This document shows positions 1 to 14,400 of a stretch of 64,000 bases of DNA, one piece after another (position 1 is the stretch's first letter; each line of letters begins with the position of its first letter). The stretch comes from Ruditapes philippinarum (Eukaryota): positions 1-64,000 of the forward strand of contig NW_026860937.1 in NCBI RefSeq assembly GCF_026571515.1. The letters are read 5' to 3'. The notes under the pieces were generated by a model. The model ran no database searches. It saw only the letters and a program-made list of their open reading frames with translations, and was not told the DNA's origin. Both the position numbers and the translations under genes were made by a program.

Positions 1-223
1 TCAAACGGGATCGGCCATATTGATTTTATTAAAAGTTAAACAGGGAATAATTTTTTCACGATGTCATAACATGTTTATTGAAGAGATATTTTCCAATAAA
101 ATTTGTTTAAAATAAATAGCTGGTATGCATTACGAGAGCTAAAATGAAAGTTAAATTTGGATGTTACTGTAACGCTTTGAAATTAGGATCAAACACAGGT
201 CAAGAGGCTAAGCAAGAAGTTAC

Positions 224-695
224 CTTCCACTTCAACTATCTTTCCAGCATTCTTCAATGCCCTGACAGCCTCGTCATGTGTGGCGTTGCAAAGATCTTCG
301 CCATTTACTGCAAGAATTGCATCACCAACATACAACTGTCCAGTTTTATCAGCAGCCATGCCTTTAAATATCTTACTGATCAAAATTGGCATTTTATTCT
401 CTCTTCCACCTTTAATACTTATACCAAGGCCATATGTTTCCTCTTTGATAACTTTGACAACTCGCTTTTGGCCAGGAATATTGTCAGGTACATGAGCGGC
501 TTCTTGGGTATTTGATGGGACGTTACTGGACTGAGCTGATATATCGTTGTTTGTGGAAGATGTGGACATATTTTCAGGAGGTTCGTCAAGGGATAAAGTT
601 AATGATTCATCATTTAACGTCACTGTCACTTTACACCATTGCTGGCGTATATAAACTTCGAAATGCCCCGTCCGACCAGATATGTTGGTCGCCAT
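224..695 (-). CDS. SNTB1: Syntrophin (beta-1/alpha-like), first coding exon: N-terminal half of split PH domain plus PDZ domain; gene continues beyond the left edge
   Basis: Translation has [47 protein letters not shown]...[15 protein letters not shown], the syntrophin PDZ. ATG at 695 in AAAATGGCG context. Phase-1 donor G|GTAAC after 224, so the ORF tail to 189 is intron. Paralog assignment is tentative. Confidence 0.9.
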
Positions 696-3600
696 TTTGA
701 TTTCTTTTCAAGGGACGTAACTCTGCAAATATTTCCACAGCACTAAATCATATATGGCACAAAACCACTATTCTTTTTCACCCCTTAAATACAAGGGTTA
801 CACAAAGATTGCAGTGGAGTACAGTTAATTTCCGACATATCTACACTAAATCAATACATGTATATTATCGTCGCTACTTGTTCAGAGGTACTAAAATGCA
901 ACTTATACACGTTTTCAAAACTCATCGATAATTAAATCAATAATCTGTACCTATCAAATAGCCACGTTTTGTGTTTTTTTTGTCATGTATAGCTCACAAA
1001 ATAATTACTATCATGGAAATGTTTGTAAAAAATCTCTCATAATTATAAAAAATTATACGATAAACATTAACACCACATGTTGTTAAGGCATTATTGCATA
1101 TTCGATATATAATTTCTAATTTAATGAACTATAATTAAAGGCCATGTATTTATATCTCTGTCCTAAAAAAGATGTGAAACTGGATCCAATTAGATAAACT
1201 GGGACTTAGGCGAGATATCTAAAATGACGTTTTGGAAATTGGATCTTTGATTTTAATTATTTCCAATTAATATTTAACAATTACACGCCTCAGTGTTGAC
1301 AAATTAGTGGCAATCCCTTCTCTATACATGTTCTGTTCTAGTTAAATAAGATAAAACGTGCAATTATCTCTCATACTTCCTAGTATTGGAGGTGTACTCC
1401 TGGCACATAGATAACTCCACCACGTCTTCAATCTTATGGTTTTATTTTTTTCAACAAACAAGCACATGCGTGGTCACCTATAGTAATATTTAAGAGATGA
1501 ACAGACGTTCCTTTTAATCTACCAGAAGGTAGTTAGAATTGTCATGGACGATTAAGACACTGACTTTAGAAAGTTTCTTGAAAAATGGTTTTAACAAAAA
1601 TAAGATAAAACGTAAAAATGTAAAAATAAATGATTAATGCTGATTTTTCAGCTAATTGAAATCCAAAGGGATGACAAATTTTTGTCATGGTGTAAAACAA
1701 AAAGTTCTTGATTTTTGTAGTATATCTTAAAATCTGTGAACCAATCTTTGTTAAGTGTGGCAAAATTTAAAATACATGAAGACTTGTGGGAGTTATTGAT
1801 GTACGTCAATGTTCCTGACAGCCCGGGAAATAGGTATAAAACACTGAAAAAGATTTGGGAAAGTATTTGGAAAAATTTTACAACACTTATATAACATTTA
1901 TTAAAGTTTAAAATTCAGATGTTGTGTAAATTTTGTATAGATTAGAAAATGTCACTGACTGAAAGTTCTTATTATCTGCTAATCTAGCACACTTTTGCTT
2001 GTATTTATTCCTATGTTAAAAATATAAATGTTTGACATTCTTTGTCAATGACTGTATTTGATATTTCCCACACCAAGATTTGTAATCGTCCATAACAGAA
2101 AATGATCGCACTCATGCACGATAGATTTTTAATTCCTAGTTCTTTCAGAGCTCTGATATTATATTTCGTGAAATTATAGTATAATAGTTCATTTTGAAAC
2201 ATACATGAACGTGTATTTGCAGGCGGAATTCTGCAGTGAAGTATATAGAAGTTTAAAATTGCACCTTCTTATTTCATTAAAGTAAATTTCTTAAGTGCGT
2301 TCTCCAAGTACTTTTGTATTTTAACTGTTCATTAATATTGTATCTACATGTGCATCGTACCTACATTACAGTGTGTTTAATCTAACTATATGAGAATCCA
2401 ATGCAATTGAAAAAAAAACTCGTCTAAAATTGAGCAGAACGTGATGTATACGCCCAGCCCAATGCTCGACCAATACTTCTATTTGTTTACGATTTATGCA
2501 TTAAAGTGGAAAAACCCTGGGAGTTTGTGTGTGCTATTTGTACCTGACTTGTAACCTCTACACCATGTACAAGTAGCCCGGAAAATATGAGAATAAGTAA
2601 TCTCAAACACCTCAGTATATGTAAATACCAAAACTCTTATAAACACTATTTGTCAATGTACAGCATTTCCTTCGTATAATATTTGCTCTCATATTAACAT
2701 TTATAGATCCTAAAACATAAATGTTTCAAAATATTTTTGAAATAGAATTGTTGAACATAAAAAGTCATATCTGTTTTAAAAAAATAAAAGTTCTGATAGA
2801 GATAAAACCACCTGGTCGAGCACTGGTTTGGATGCCTGAAAAATATAATAGTTTTATACCCTATATACAACTCTGTGGTAAATTGTATCCTAATCTGTGT
2901 AATTAAAACGCTTAAGCTTATTGTGAGTTTGAAAGGGCCAGCTTTGTAACAAAAATAATTTTCCCAGCAAACTTTTTTATTCTGAAAGAGTTTTTATATA
3001 ATTTTGTGAAAAACTGGTTGAGCACTGGTACGGTGACTCTATGATATTTCTGCCGCTTTCCCTTTCTCTGCCGTCACAATATGTAAACCCCAGCAAAAAT
3101 GAGCCAATCAATGGGCATGATTTGGAGTGCGGGTAACTGATACCTGCACTCCAGTTACCGCACTGTGCATGTATATGTATAGGCAAGTTGCATGTTATTG
3201 TTATGAAATCTATTAATAGTAACAAATTGCTGATAAGATATACAGGTAACTTTCGGATGGTTGGCAAAAAATATGGTGGCTAATAAAATGCAAAATATAG
3301 TAATTTTATATTTACAATAACAAACTTATTTTTTTATGAAACAGCTTAGTATTTTATATCATTAGAAAGGTCATTTTACTCATATTTTAAAAATTAAAAA
3401 ATAAATTTACAAAACGCTTTCATTTTTTCTTGGTAAAGAGTTAAACTTGGTGCTAGAAAACTATTGAAATAACAGTTAAAAAAATAGCTGAGCATTCTTT
3501 TTTAAAAGCAAAAAATGAAAATCCGCTTACATTTCAAAAATATGAATGTAAAAAACTTTCAAATGATATAAGAATCTAAAAAATCGATCCACAAATAAAA

Positions 3601-4409
3601 AAAGTTATTAGAATTTAAAAATTCTAGTGCTATATAATGCATATAAATATTGGTTCTTCTTGCCAACCGGCAAATCTGCTAAATTCTGGTAGCAGGTGCT
3701 TGTGATGTAACTCTGACACTTTTTCAACAGAAAGGTCCCCAAACTATGATACAACTGTGATATCTTCGATGGATGAGATGACATCGATTCTGTGTAATGC
3801 ACGTTATTATCTCAGTTCAAAACATTTTTATATGATAATTATCATTTATTTTCTGTTTTCAATATAAGAAGAGAAACAAGGTTAGCTTTTAAAAAAGCTA
3901 GTAGCGACTCGCTTCGTAATTTTTTTCAAGGGGTGTGTTTAAATGTAAAAATGACAGTTCTGTTAGCTGAAGAGACTTCAGCGAACATCAAAATAAAAGT
4001 GAAGTCAACACTGGCCCGGTGCCCGATGGCCAGTGTATATAAGTTCAGGCCAGTGTAAATTTAAGAAAATTTTGTTAATTATTTAGTAGAATAAATTCAA
4101 AACTGGAATTCGGGCCAGTAAATTCAAAATCTTAAACTCATTGACTGAAAGTGACATATAAAGTTCTCTCAGTTTAACCAAGATGAGCTAGTATGAGTAT
4201 ATATGAAGGTGCATGTAAACAGATGGAATGAAGAACCTATGTCTATGCACATTTACTATATGGCCTGTTGACCTTGACCACAAAATGTTAGATAGGTAGA
4301 TTTCATAAAGATGTCTCTTTATACAAAATTAAGTTGTAATACATGTATGTTATTTAGTATTGGAATGAGAGGCACAAGTCCTAAAGTAAACACAAGTTGT
4401 CAATCAATT

Positions 4410-4872
4410 CATCCAGAAAAGCCGTGATTGCGTATTAAAACATATACGGATCCCGGGAATTGACCAGTTCAAGAATATAGTTTTCAGAAAAGCCGGGATC
4501 GTATTAAAATGTAAATAGATCTCACGGATTGGCCAGTTCAAGTATATAGTTTTCAGAAAAGCTGGGATCGTTTTAAAACATATAGGGATCCCGGGATTTG
4601 GCCAATTCAAGAAAATAGTCTTTGATTTTTCCAATTAATTAGGCATATAATTATAAGTATTGTGATTTCCGCATTTTAAGTTTGTTAATAAATAGCTCTA
4701 AATATATCTATATTCTAAGTTAAATTAATTTAACGTTCATTATATACAATAAAAAAAAATAACGTTTAATGGTCTTTCATTACGACAACAATCAACACAA
4801 ATATAGTTCATTAGGTTTTTCCTCCATATCTTATACGATCCCGGATCCCGGGCGTCCCGGATCCCGGCTAGT
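4410..4872 (+). mobile_element. Helitron-like non-autonomous element with about 3 internal ~70-bp repeats
   Basis: CAGAAAAGCYG-starting units at 4414, 4485 and 4554; GC-rich hairpin CCGGGCGTCCCGG followed by CTAG|T at 4868-4872. The 5' end is uncertain. Confidence 0.45.
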
Positions 4873-5325
4873 AAATACATACACTAAATACCGGAAAGGA
4901 TAAAATGACCGGAAAAAAAATAAAAAAATAAAAAATACACAGAACCAGATGTACACTTATGTTAATTAACCAAACGAAAACTTACTACAGAGAAAACAGG
5001 TGAAATCGCTAAATCAGAAGTCAGTGCAAATATGATTTATTGAAAAGAATTCATAAAGACAAACATTTTAATCATCATTATATCTTTGCGCTCAAAACAA
5101 TACTTGCTGATTTTTAAAAATGGCGTGAAAATTGAAGGTTTTTTGACGCTATGTAAGATTACATTTGATTGGCTAAATAATTTTGGATCCTAGCCCTGAT
5201 AGATAAATTTTGTAGAAAGCTGGAAGCCAAGCTTCGATTAAATTTTTGGATGGCTTCGGAGTTTTAGGTTGTTTCTCAGTAAAATCCTACCGTAATACCG
5301 GCTCGCCGTGGCGAGCCGGCATAAA
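4868..5325 (-). mobile_element. Degenerate HINE/Helentron-like element just upstream of the HAUS4 start
   Basis: Minus strand starts TTTATGCCGGCTCGCCACGGCGAGCCGGTAT (hairpin at 5296-5322); CCGGTAT recurs near 4890, followed by a weak hairpin and CTAG. Confidence 0.35.
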
Positions 5326-5410
5326 TGCAATTGCTGTTCTTATACAATTTTAAATTATCTTTTCAGTCCGGGTGTGCATCAAAATATTGCGGGAAACGTG
5401 AACCGATACG

Positions 5411-8400
5411 ATGGCAGCAAACGAGCGAAAATTTTCGACGTTATATGAAAAATGTAATGATTTTCATTTCATTGTGAAGATATTGAACAAATAAGATATC
5501 CTCTCTTGAGTTATTTTTGTCGTAACACCAATTATGAAGTGATTTTACTTTTTTTACTGATTTGCATAATTTCGGATAAGTGAATTTTCGGATGTAAACA
5601 CTTCTGCTAATCCCTACGAGTGAGTGGTTCTCTGATGAATTAGTAACAAATAAATAAATAACGTGTACGTTAGATGTCATTTTGCTAAATGTTTAATAGG
5701 CTATTCACTGAAAAGTCAAGCTTAAAAAAAACCTAAAGTCAACATTTACACAAATTATCCCGGATACATTTCACACAAGTTTATTTTTGTAATCTATGTG
5801 ACATATAATGTCAAACTATATACTGGTATCGAAGCAGTATCCGTCGGCTAGTAGTATCCGACAATACGGTTATTTTCGTTTACTGAAACTCTTCAAAATT
5901 GAAAGCGAGTTTTTTTATCAGAACAATATTATTCAAGGAAACGTTCGACAGAATTTCTTCAGTCTAAAATCAACATTAAACATAATCGTTCTCACCTTTA
6001 TATTTTACAAGCAGGTGTGTTTACATTTTTCGCATGAGGGATTTCACGTGCTACTGTTGCGCATGCGCAAAGGATAACTCCATTAGGCACAAATTGAGAC
6101 AAGTTTGCCCCCTTTGCCAGCGAATACAGACGACATTTCAAAAGTCGCTAATAATCATTCAAATTTCATAATAGTCAATAAATATAAGCTAGAGCTATGT
6201 GTTGTTGAAATTTTTAATCAACAAATCTTGAAATAAAAGCAAAAATGACAGAAATGGGAAACCCGCGGCAATTTTCTTCTAACCAAGGGAGGCAACACTG
6301 TTCTAGTCTATATTACAGTAGGTTGTTTCCCGTATAGAAGGCTGTTTTTATTATGGGGCACCTTATGGAGTGTTTAGAGAATTTCATTTATATATTTTCG
6401 TACTTGAAATTAATTCGTACTTGAAATTAATGTGTTATGGATTCATGAATGCAATAAAACTCGTGGTACAAGCATACGATATGCCCGTGAAATGTAAAAA
6501 GTCTAGTTTTGATCAATGACCGTGATAAAAAATTTAATGATTAACAAGTTTTCTTTTTTTTCTTCTTTTTCTTTTCTTTTGTTATATATTTATTTGTACA
6601 AATGTTCACATCAAAAATGTCTGTATTCAAATAGACATTAAAATACGTACAGTTGTTTGACCGGTTCCGACACAGGTTTTCAACTTTCGCTGCCTGCATA
6701 CAAATTAACAAATTGTTTCAAGACCAAATGTACTTGCTAGTAGATATTTGATTCCACTTCAAACCTTTTTTTTCTTATAAGAATACCGCTTGATTTAATC
6801 TGATTGTTTAGGTTTACCAGTTCCGGTGCACATAACAAACCATTTGTAATATTACCAACAAACCATTTGTAATATTACCAACAAACCATTTGTAATATTA
6901 AAAACCTGCGAAGAGTACAATAATAAGTATACAGACCTGCCTTTGAACAATCTTATCATTAAATTGCGTATACACGGCAGTTTTACTAAACTTACATGGT
7001 TCAGTTATGGCCGAGGTGAGTTCAATACTACCAGAAAACGACGGCGACGTGTTTGAAAAAAAATAACATGAACTCAGACTCTGCGCTGTGTAAGATAAAC
7101 TCTTGCGAACAAAATACAAGAACATTGCTGTAAATAAATTAGTTTGAACAAAATAACGAAAGTGATTGACTTGTAATGTACTGTTTGAACCACATATGAT
7201 CGACCATTGATTAGCTTTAACCATCGTATGAACATAATCTTCGTACTTCTGTTCTTGCAGGTAATATATGACAACTGTCCTTACGATATGCGATCTTTAA
7301 AAGTCAACTTTTCACCCTTAATTAAGTTTATGATGCACGATCGTTGTAAAATCTTGTAAAAACAATTTACATATGCCAAAATAATATTCACTAGTTGCAG
7401 ATTTTAAACGGTGCGAAATACACCGGAAAACGCATCTTGGAGCATCGCTGAACGAAAATTTGTTCTTCGTAGTATCCCCCCTCAAGCCCTAGGACCTGCT
7501 TAGTTGGCCGTACGTATCACAAAATCGTGACATGGTCAAGATAAAAAATAAGTTTTTGTTTTGCGATTGTGCTCAAACAATATTTATTCCAATATAATAT
7601 TTATTATTTATAGATAATCGTATTATTTACTGTTTCTTTTATCTGGGACAGAACGATCTTCTGTCCCAGATTTTATCCATAAAACAGATATATTAACAGC
7701 AATTTTTAGATCAAGTAATAACTGTTAACTGACATAGAAATCGATATTTATTTGTTCTTTCTTCTGCATGTTATCTTATCATTTAGCTTTCAGAGGTTAA
7801 ATTAATTACACTACAGAGCATAGTGTATCTTAACCTTTTCCCTTATATAAGCGTGTTTCGACGGCTTTTTGCCCCCCCCCCCCCCCTTTTGAGGCCTCAA
7901 ACAGTGAAAAAATGTCCTATTTAGACCCCAAACACTGTTTTTCGTTTGAGAAATGTTGTTAAAAAAAGTGAACCATTTTTTCGGCGCCGTCCCCCATCCA
8001 AATAATACATCAGGGGGTTGCCAGAAGGGGGATGTGCCCCCTTCTGTTTGGGGGGTTTGAAGGGGGGCGGAGTCCCCCTCATCGCCAAGAAAAATTTTGG
8101 ACTTGTGAGAGGCTTAAAAATGACCCCAGGTTGATCATAAAGTAACGTGTAACCAACGCTGAAAAGCTTTGACTCTATCTCAATCCATTGAGAAGTTGCA
8201 GCACTTTGAAATAAATTTTGATGGAAAAAATCGAGGCAAAATCAGTGATTTTTGGCAATTTTGAGATGTCCCCTCGTTGCCATGGTAACAGGAAATTTAA
8301 GACTGAGCATGTCGTTTACAAAGGCAATGGTCCAGTCAACATTTGTGCCAAGTTTGATTAGTATTGAAGCATTTTTCATAGTTTCATAGCAGTTTGAACT

Positions 8401-11400
8401 TGTAAGAGGAGGCTTTTCAGTTAAAATGGCCATTTTTCACGATATGCTCATGGGGGAAAGGGTTAACTAAAAAAATATAAATGTTACAAAACAACAATTT
8501 TTCACCAAAATTAGGTAAAAGACCACATGTTAACATGGAAAAACTAGATTTTGGGTGATTCCAAGGTTTTTCATCATTTTTTGTTAACCTTTTCCCTTAT
8601 ATAAGCGTGTTTCGACGGCTTTTTGCCCCCCCCCCCCCCCCCTTTTGAGGCCTCAAACAGTGAAAAAATGTCCTATTTTGACCCCAAACACTGTTTTTCG
8701 TTTGAGAAATGTTGTTAAAAAAAGTGACCATTTTTCGGCGCCGTCCCCATCCAAATAATACATCAGGGGGTTGCCAGAAGGGGGATGTGCCCCCTTCTGT
8801 TTGGGGGTTTGAAGGGGGCGGAGTCCCCCTCATCGCCAAGAAAATTTTGGACTTGTGAGAGGCTTAAAATGACCCCAGGTTGATCATAAAGTAACGTGTA
8901 ACCAACGCTGAAAAGCCTTTGACTCTATCTCAATCCATTGAGAAGTTGCAGCACTTTGAAATAAATTTTGATGGAAAAAATCGAGGCAAAATAGTGATTT
9001 TTGGCAATTTTGAGATGTCCCCTCGTTGCCATGGTAACAGGAAATTTAAGACTGAGCATGTCGTTACAAAGGCAATGGTCCAGTCAACATTTGTGCCAAG
9101 TTTGATTAGTATTGAAGCATTTTTCATAGTTTCATAGCAGTTTGAACTTGTAAAGGGAGGCTTTTCAGTTAAAATGGCCATTTTTCACGATATGCTCATG
9201 GGGGAAAGGGTTAACTAAAAAAATATAAATGTTACAAAACAACAATTTTTCACCAAAATTAGGTAAAAGACCACATGTTAACATGGAAAAACTAGATTTT
9301 GGGTGATTCCAAGGTTTTTCATCATTTTTTGTTAACCTTTTCCCTTATATAAGCGTGTTTCGACGGCTTTTTGCCCCCCCCCCCCCTTTTGAGGCCTCAA
9401 ACAGTGAAAAAATGTCCTATTTAGACCCCAAACACTGTTTTTCGTTTGAGAAATGTTGTTAAAAAAAGTGACCATTTTTTCGGCGCCGTCCCCCATCCAA
9501 ATAATACATGTTATGTTATATTTTTGCAAATATTTCTGGATGAAGTTGTAAGGCAGATAACAACTTTTCCTTCAATATATAAACTGTGTCCCTTTCTTTC
9601 AGTTTACATATAATTAATATGTACTGCAGTACCGGTATACCAATACCAATAAGATTGGCGAGATGAAATTTAGCATTTATGCCTAAATCAGACGAAAATT
9701 ATAAATAAGAAGCCGAAATAGAATGATGATTTAATTATTTATTTGTTAATGTCAATAACCTACAAAACCAGTGAATATTTTCTATATTTATTGTCGGTTA
9801 CGTGAATGGCTCGCTTGATTGTTCGGAACTGGTCAGTGCGCCGGAACCGGTCTGATAATAATCTCGGTAAAAATCACTGCAGATGTCATATTATGTCGAC
9901 CAGGATTTCTGAATTATTACGATTAAAACCCTAAGTAAAGCAGTATTATTTGTCTAAAGAGGCCTTCAAAAAGTCTTATTATAACAAAAACATTGATACC
10001 GATTTATAAACCCGCAAAATCAATGATTAAAAAAAGTGTCGGAAACTGCTTCTGTAGCGAGGCAATTACGGCTAATTTACACCTCCCGTTGGAGCCCCAT
10101 TTTTGATGCGCATGTCTTATTCAGGAATCCGGTTTTAATTTACAATAACAATGCATGACCTGCATTTAGTCATATCAAAAGTTTATTTAAATTGGAGACG
10201 TTGTTATTGAGAAATTTTTCAATAACCTCATATTTTTATCGGAAACTGCTTCGATACCAGTACACAAATAGTTAAAGCTGAATAAAAATGTTTTTAATCG
10301 GAATAAAATCGACATATATACACACAAAAAGCTTGAATTTAAGTTATATGATTAGTGTTAACTGATCGGCTGATAAGACAAACAAGCTTTATCTGTCATC
10401 AATTATAAACAATTGATTTATTTCGTAAACCAAGCCCTAACTAAACAATACATTTTGCAAACAAAATAATATTGTTGTTTTTTTTGGGGTTTTTTTGTAA
10501 TTTATTCTTGCCTAAAAAATAATTTATCAAATAACGAAAAAATCATTATCAAAATAAATATCTACAATATATTATATTCATTAATGATATTTGCGTCAAA
10601 ATTTAATTATAACAAAATATTGATGATAAAAACACTATATATATGAACCAAGTATACTTTGCCTTTCATTACTATAAAACATCAGTTCGACGAAACCACT
10701 TTTGCACCTCTTCATAAATTAGAGGTGTCATCGACAAGGATTTTTGTATCGATATATCGGTAATGAATTATCGGCGATACAGCGATATATCGATTGCAAG
10801 GCTAAATTTTAGCTTTCAAGTCTTTTTAAATGTTTCCTATGGACACTGACAAAGCAGTTATATTAAGACAAATGCAAAAAAGATGAAAACTGTGAAAACT
10901 GAGCAATTTGTATATAGCTATAAATGAAAACGAATGACTAGTTTCCATTATACTCTAGTTGTTGTTGTTGCTATTACGTAGTTACTGATCATGCCAAATC
11001 CCGTCCTTGCCGTTCCAATTAAGCCGGTTTATTTGGCTAATTATAGTGTTTAGAACCTGAATAATCATTAAAGTTTAACATTTTGTAATTATAATTTTAC
11101 AAAGAAACACTGACAAATTTTTCTTGGCATTTTCACTTTTTAAAATCTGAATTGAGGGGTCTTGACATCCACTTAGCAGACGTGCGAGATTACAACGAAA
11201 TTAGGCAGCATTCGTTAGAGACACTGGGAGGTAACTTTGGCATTGATTTCCGTTTTCATTTTAGAAAAAAAAATGTTTCTGGCTTCCATAACTTTATATG
11301 TCGCTTTTATTTTGACGTTTTGCGACAGTAAACAGGTCTATAAGTTCTATAAAACCTGGTCGCTGAAGTCTCTTTAGCTAGAAATATATGTGCGTTCGAT

Positions 11401-14400
11401 ATCCGATATTTAAAAAATGGAATCGATATCGAATCGGATATCAAAGATCGTTGATACACCGATATCGATTGAATCGATGACACCCCTATCATAAATTAAG
11501 TTCGCCGAACCGGTAGTTCGACGAAACCACCATAATTCATTTTACTCATCTATGCGGTAGCATCGCAGTCATGTTTGGGTTAAATTTTTGCATGCATCTC
11601 CAAAACTACTGAAGGGTATGGGTTGAAACTTCACACATTTATTCCAACTCTAGTTTAACAAGTCAAGTTAAAAAGATCATAGCTCTATCCGACTATGCAT
11701 ATGTCAGAATTTGAAGTCTACTCTCTATACATTGTAGCATCAGACTCAATCTAAACAATGAAATGGCAAGAAAAAAAACAAATTGATGTTAAATGTACTT
11801 TTTGGAGAGTGAAATGGCAGAAATCTGCCGAGGATGGGATTTTGCACGCTAAAAAAATAATGGCTTGGGAAAATCATCAGCAAAGGGCCAAGGGCACATC
11901 TAAAATCTGTGCCAGGTTTATATGTACGAAAACAGAACTGTCCATTGGGTTAATAATTAGTCATTCTGTCAAAACTGATAGATTAGGCCATCCTTAAAAA
12001 AATGTTTGTTTGCAGTAACCCGACCCAGAATTTCCAAGGTGGGTAGGTAGGTCGATTTTTTTTTTTTTTTATTCAACTGTACTCCCAAATAAACATGGAA
12101 TTTCAAAATGCTGGACAATATATGCTTTGATAATCTGGTAACAATTAATAAATTGATAACTAAATTCTAATTTAATAAGACCTACATTTTATTTCTTCTA
12201 TTAACCTTTAAAAGAACAAAAACAAAGCACAAGGCATAATTTCCTGATTCAAAAAAAATAAATTTTTATCCAGACCATGAAAAAAAATTTTGAGTAGGGG
12301 CAAATTTTGTGAGTCGGTCGCGTTACTGCAAACAAACATTTTTTTAAGGATGGCCTTAATCATTATGCAAATTAGATTTTTGAGCAGCCAATAAAAATTA
12401 ACATTAGTTAGAAATTTACTGTCTAGCCAATTTTCTTTTAATTATTGGTTATCTTCTGTGTTAAGTCAGGGCTTTTTTTCTTTCTTTAGCAGGGGCTGTT
12501 GTAGGGCTGCTTCCCCAAAGAAATCATGCATTTTGTCCCTAATAATAATTTGACCTAAAACAGTTTTGTTTGCTCTCATTTTATTTAAAGCTTATACAGT
12601 TATAGTTGTTGTTTTTTTTACAGTAAACAGTCAGTTTCCGCACATCAACTTGAGTACAGATGATGTAGAGAAGTATCCAGATTTCTGTACATTGCTGACA
12701 AAACTATCGTCATTTATTCAAACAGATGATGTATCTATTCAAACAAATAAAGATCTTAAACAGGTATTGTTTCATTTTAATTAGAATTGTTTGAAATATC
12801 TCTGGTAAGACCAAGTGGTGATTATCATTCAATTCAAATCATTAGGCTTTCTCTGCTGTAGGTTAAAATTCTGCTCTTTATTTGAGGACTGTCATTGACA
12901 ATGTGTTTTGTTTTTATCACAGAGTTTTTGGGGCCGAAAAAGAGCCCTATTCACAAAGCTAGAAAGTATCCTTTTTTAGCTCACCTGTCACAAAGTGACA
13001 GGGTGAGCTTTTGTGATCGCTTTTCGTCCGGCGTCCGTCCATCCGTCGTCCGTCCGTCCGTTAACTTTTGCTTTAAATGACATCTCCTCATAAACCACTG
13101 AGCCAATTTCATCCAAACTTCACAGGAATGTTCCTTTGGTGGTCACCTTTAAAAATTGTTCAAAGAATTTAATTCCATGCAGAACTCTGGTTGCCATGGC
13201 AACCAAAAGAAAAAACTTTAAATATCTTCTTTTAAAAAACCATAAGAGCTAGAGCTTAGATATTTGGCATGAAACATCTTCTAGTGAATGTCTACCAAGT
13301 TTGTTCAAATAAAAGCCCTGGGGTCAAAATTGGCCCCGACCCAGGGGGTCATTGATTTCCCTATATGCATATAGTAAAAACTTATAAAATCTTCTTTTAA
13401 AGAACCCAAAGAGCTAGAGCTAAGATATTAAGCATGAAACATCTTCTAGTGAGTGTCTACCAAGTTTGTTCAAATTAAAGCCCTGGGGTCAAAATTGGCC
13501 CCGCCCCAGGGGGTCATTGATTTTCCCTATATGCACATGGTAAAAACTTAAAAAATCTTCTTTTAAAGAACCATAAGAGCTAGAGCTTTAGATATTTGGC
13601 ATGAAAACATCTTCTAGTGAATGTCTACCAAGTTTGTTAAAATAAAAGCCCTGGGGTCAAAATTGACCCTGCCCCAGGGGGTCATAGATTTTCCCTATAG
13701 GCATATAGTAAAAACTTAAAAAATCTTCTTTTAAAGAACCCAAAGAGCTAGAGCTAAGATATTTAGCATGAAACATCTTCTAATGAGTGTCTACCAAGTT
13801 TGTTCAAATAAAAGCTCTGGGGTCAAAATTACTCAAAGAGCTAGAGCTAAGATATTTAGCATGAAACATGTTCTAATGGGTGTCTACCAAGTATGTTCAA
13901 ATAAAAGCCCTGGGGTCAAAACTGGCCCCGCCGGGGGGAGGGGGGGGGGGTCATTGATTTTCCTTATATGTGTATAGCAAAAACTTAAAAATCTTCTTTG
14001 GAAAAACCCAAATAGCTAGAGTTTAGATATTAAGCATGAAACATCTTTAAGTAAATATCTACAAAGTTTGTTAAAATAAACGCCCGGGGGTCAAAACTGG
14101 CCCTGCCCCAGGGGTGACATTGTTTTTAACTATATGTGTATAGTAAAAACTTTAAAAATCATCTTTTAAAAATGCCAATGAGCTAGAACTTAGATGTTTA
14201 GCATGAAACATCTTCTTATGGGTGTCTACCAAGTCTGTTCAAATAAACAAATAAAAGCCCTTGGGTAAAAATTGGCCCGGGGGTGGGGGGCCTATATACA
14301 GGTGAGCGACCTCAGGGCCATCATGGCCCTCTTGTTTACATTACATGGTTAATAAAAATTATCAAATTGTACTTAGTAATAACTTTGTCAGTGACTTGAA

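Larger units (their letters stand above)
5823..10260. mobile_element. ~4.4-kb non-autonomous TIR DNA transposon with TA flanks and CTGG ends (Tc1/mariner-like by TSD) in HAUS4 intron 1
   Basis: Left TA|CTGGTATCGAAGCAGTATCCG and right CGGAAACTGCTTCGATACCAG|TA match 20/21 as inverted repeats. Related subterminal motifs at ~6661, 6820, 9821-9852 and 10037. No transposase ORF seen. Confidence 0.7.

Noticed and set aside
144-700. Plus-strand ORFs 144-515, 280-495 and 512-700
   Set aside because: Antisense shadows of the syntrophin exon with no independent support.
8242-9529. Repeated ORFs (MAILTEKPP..., ...KMVTFFNNISQ...)
   Set aside because: Chance frames in the tandem MITE; they differ by frameshifts between copies and have no transposase motifs.
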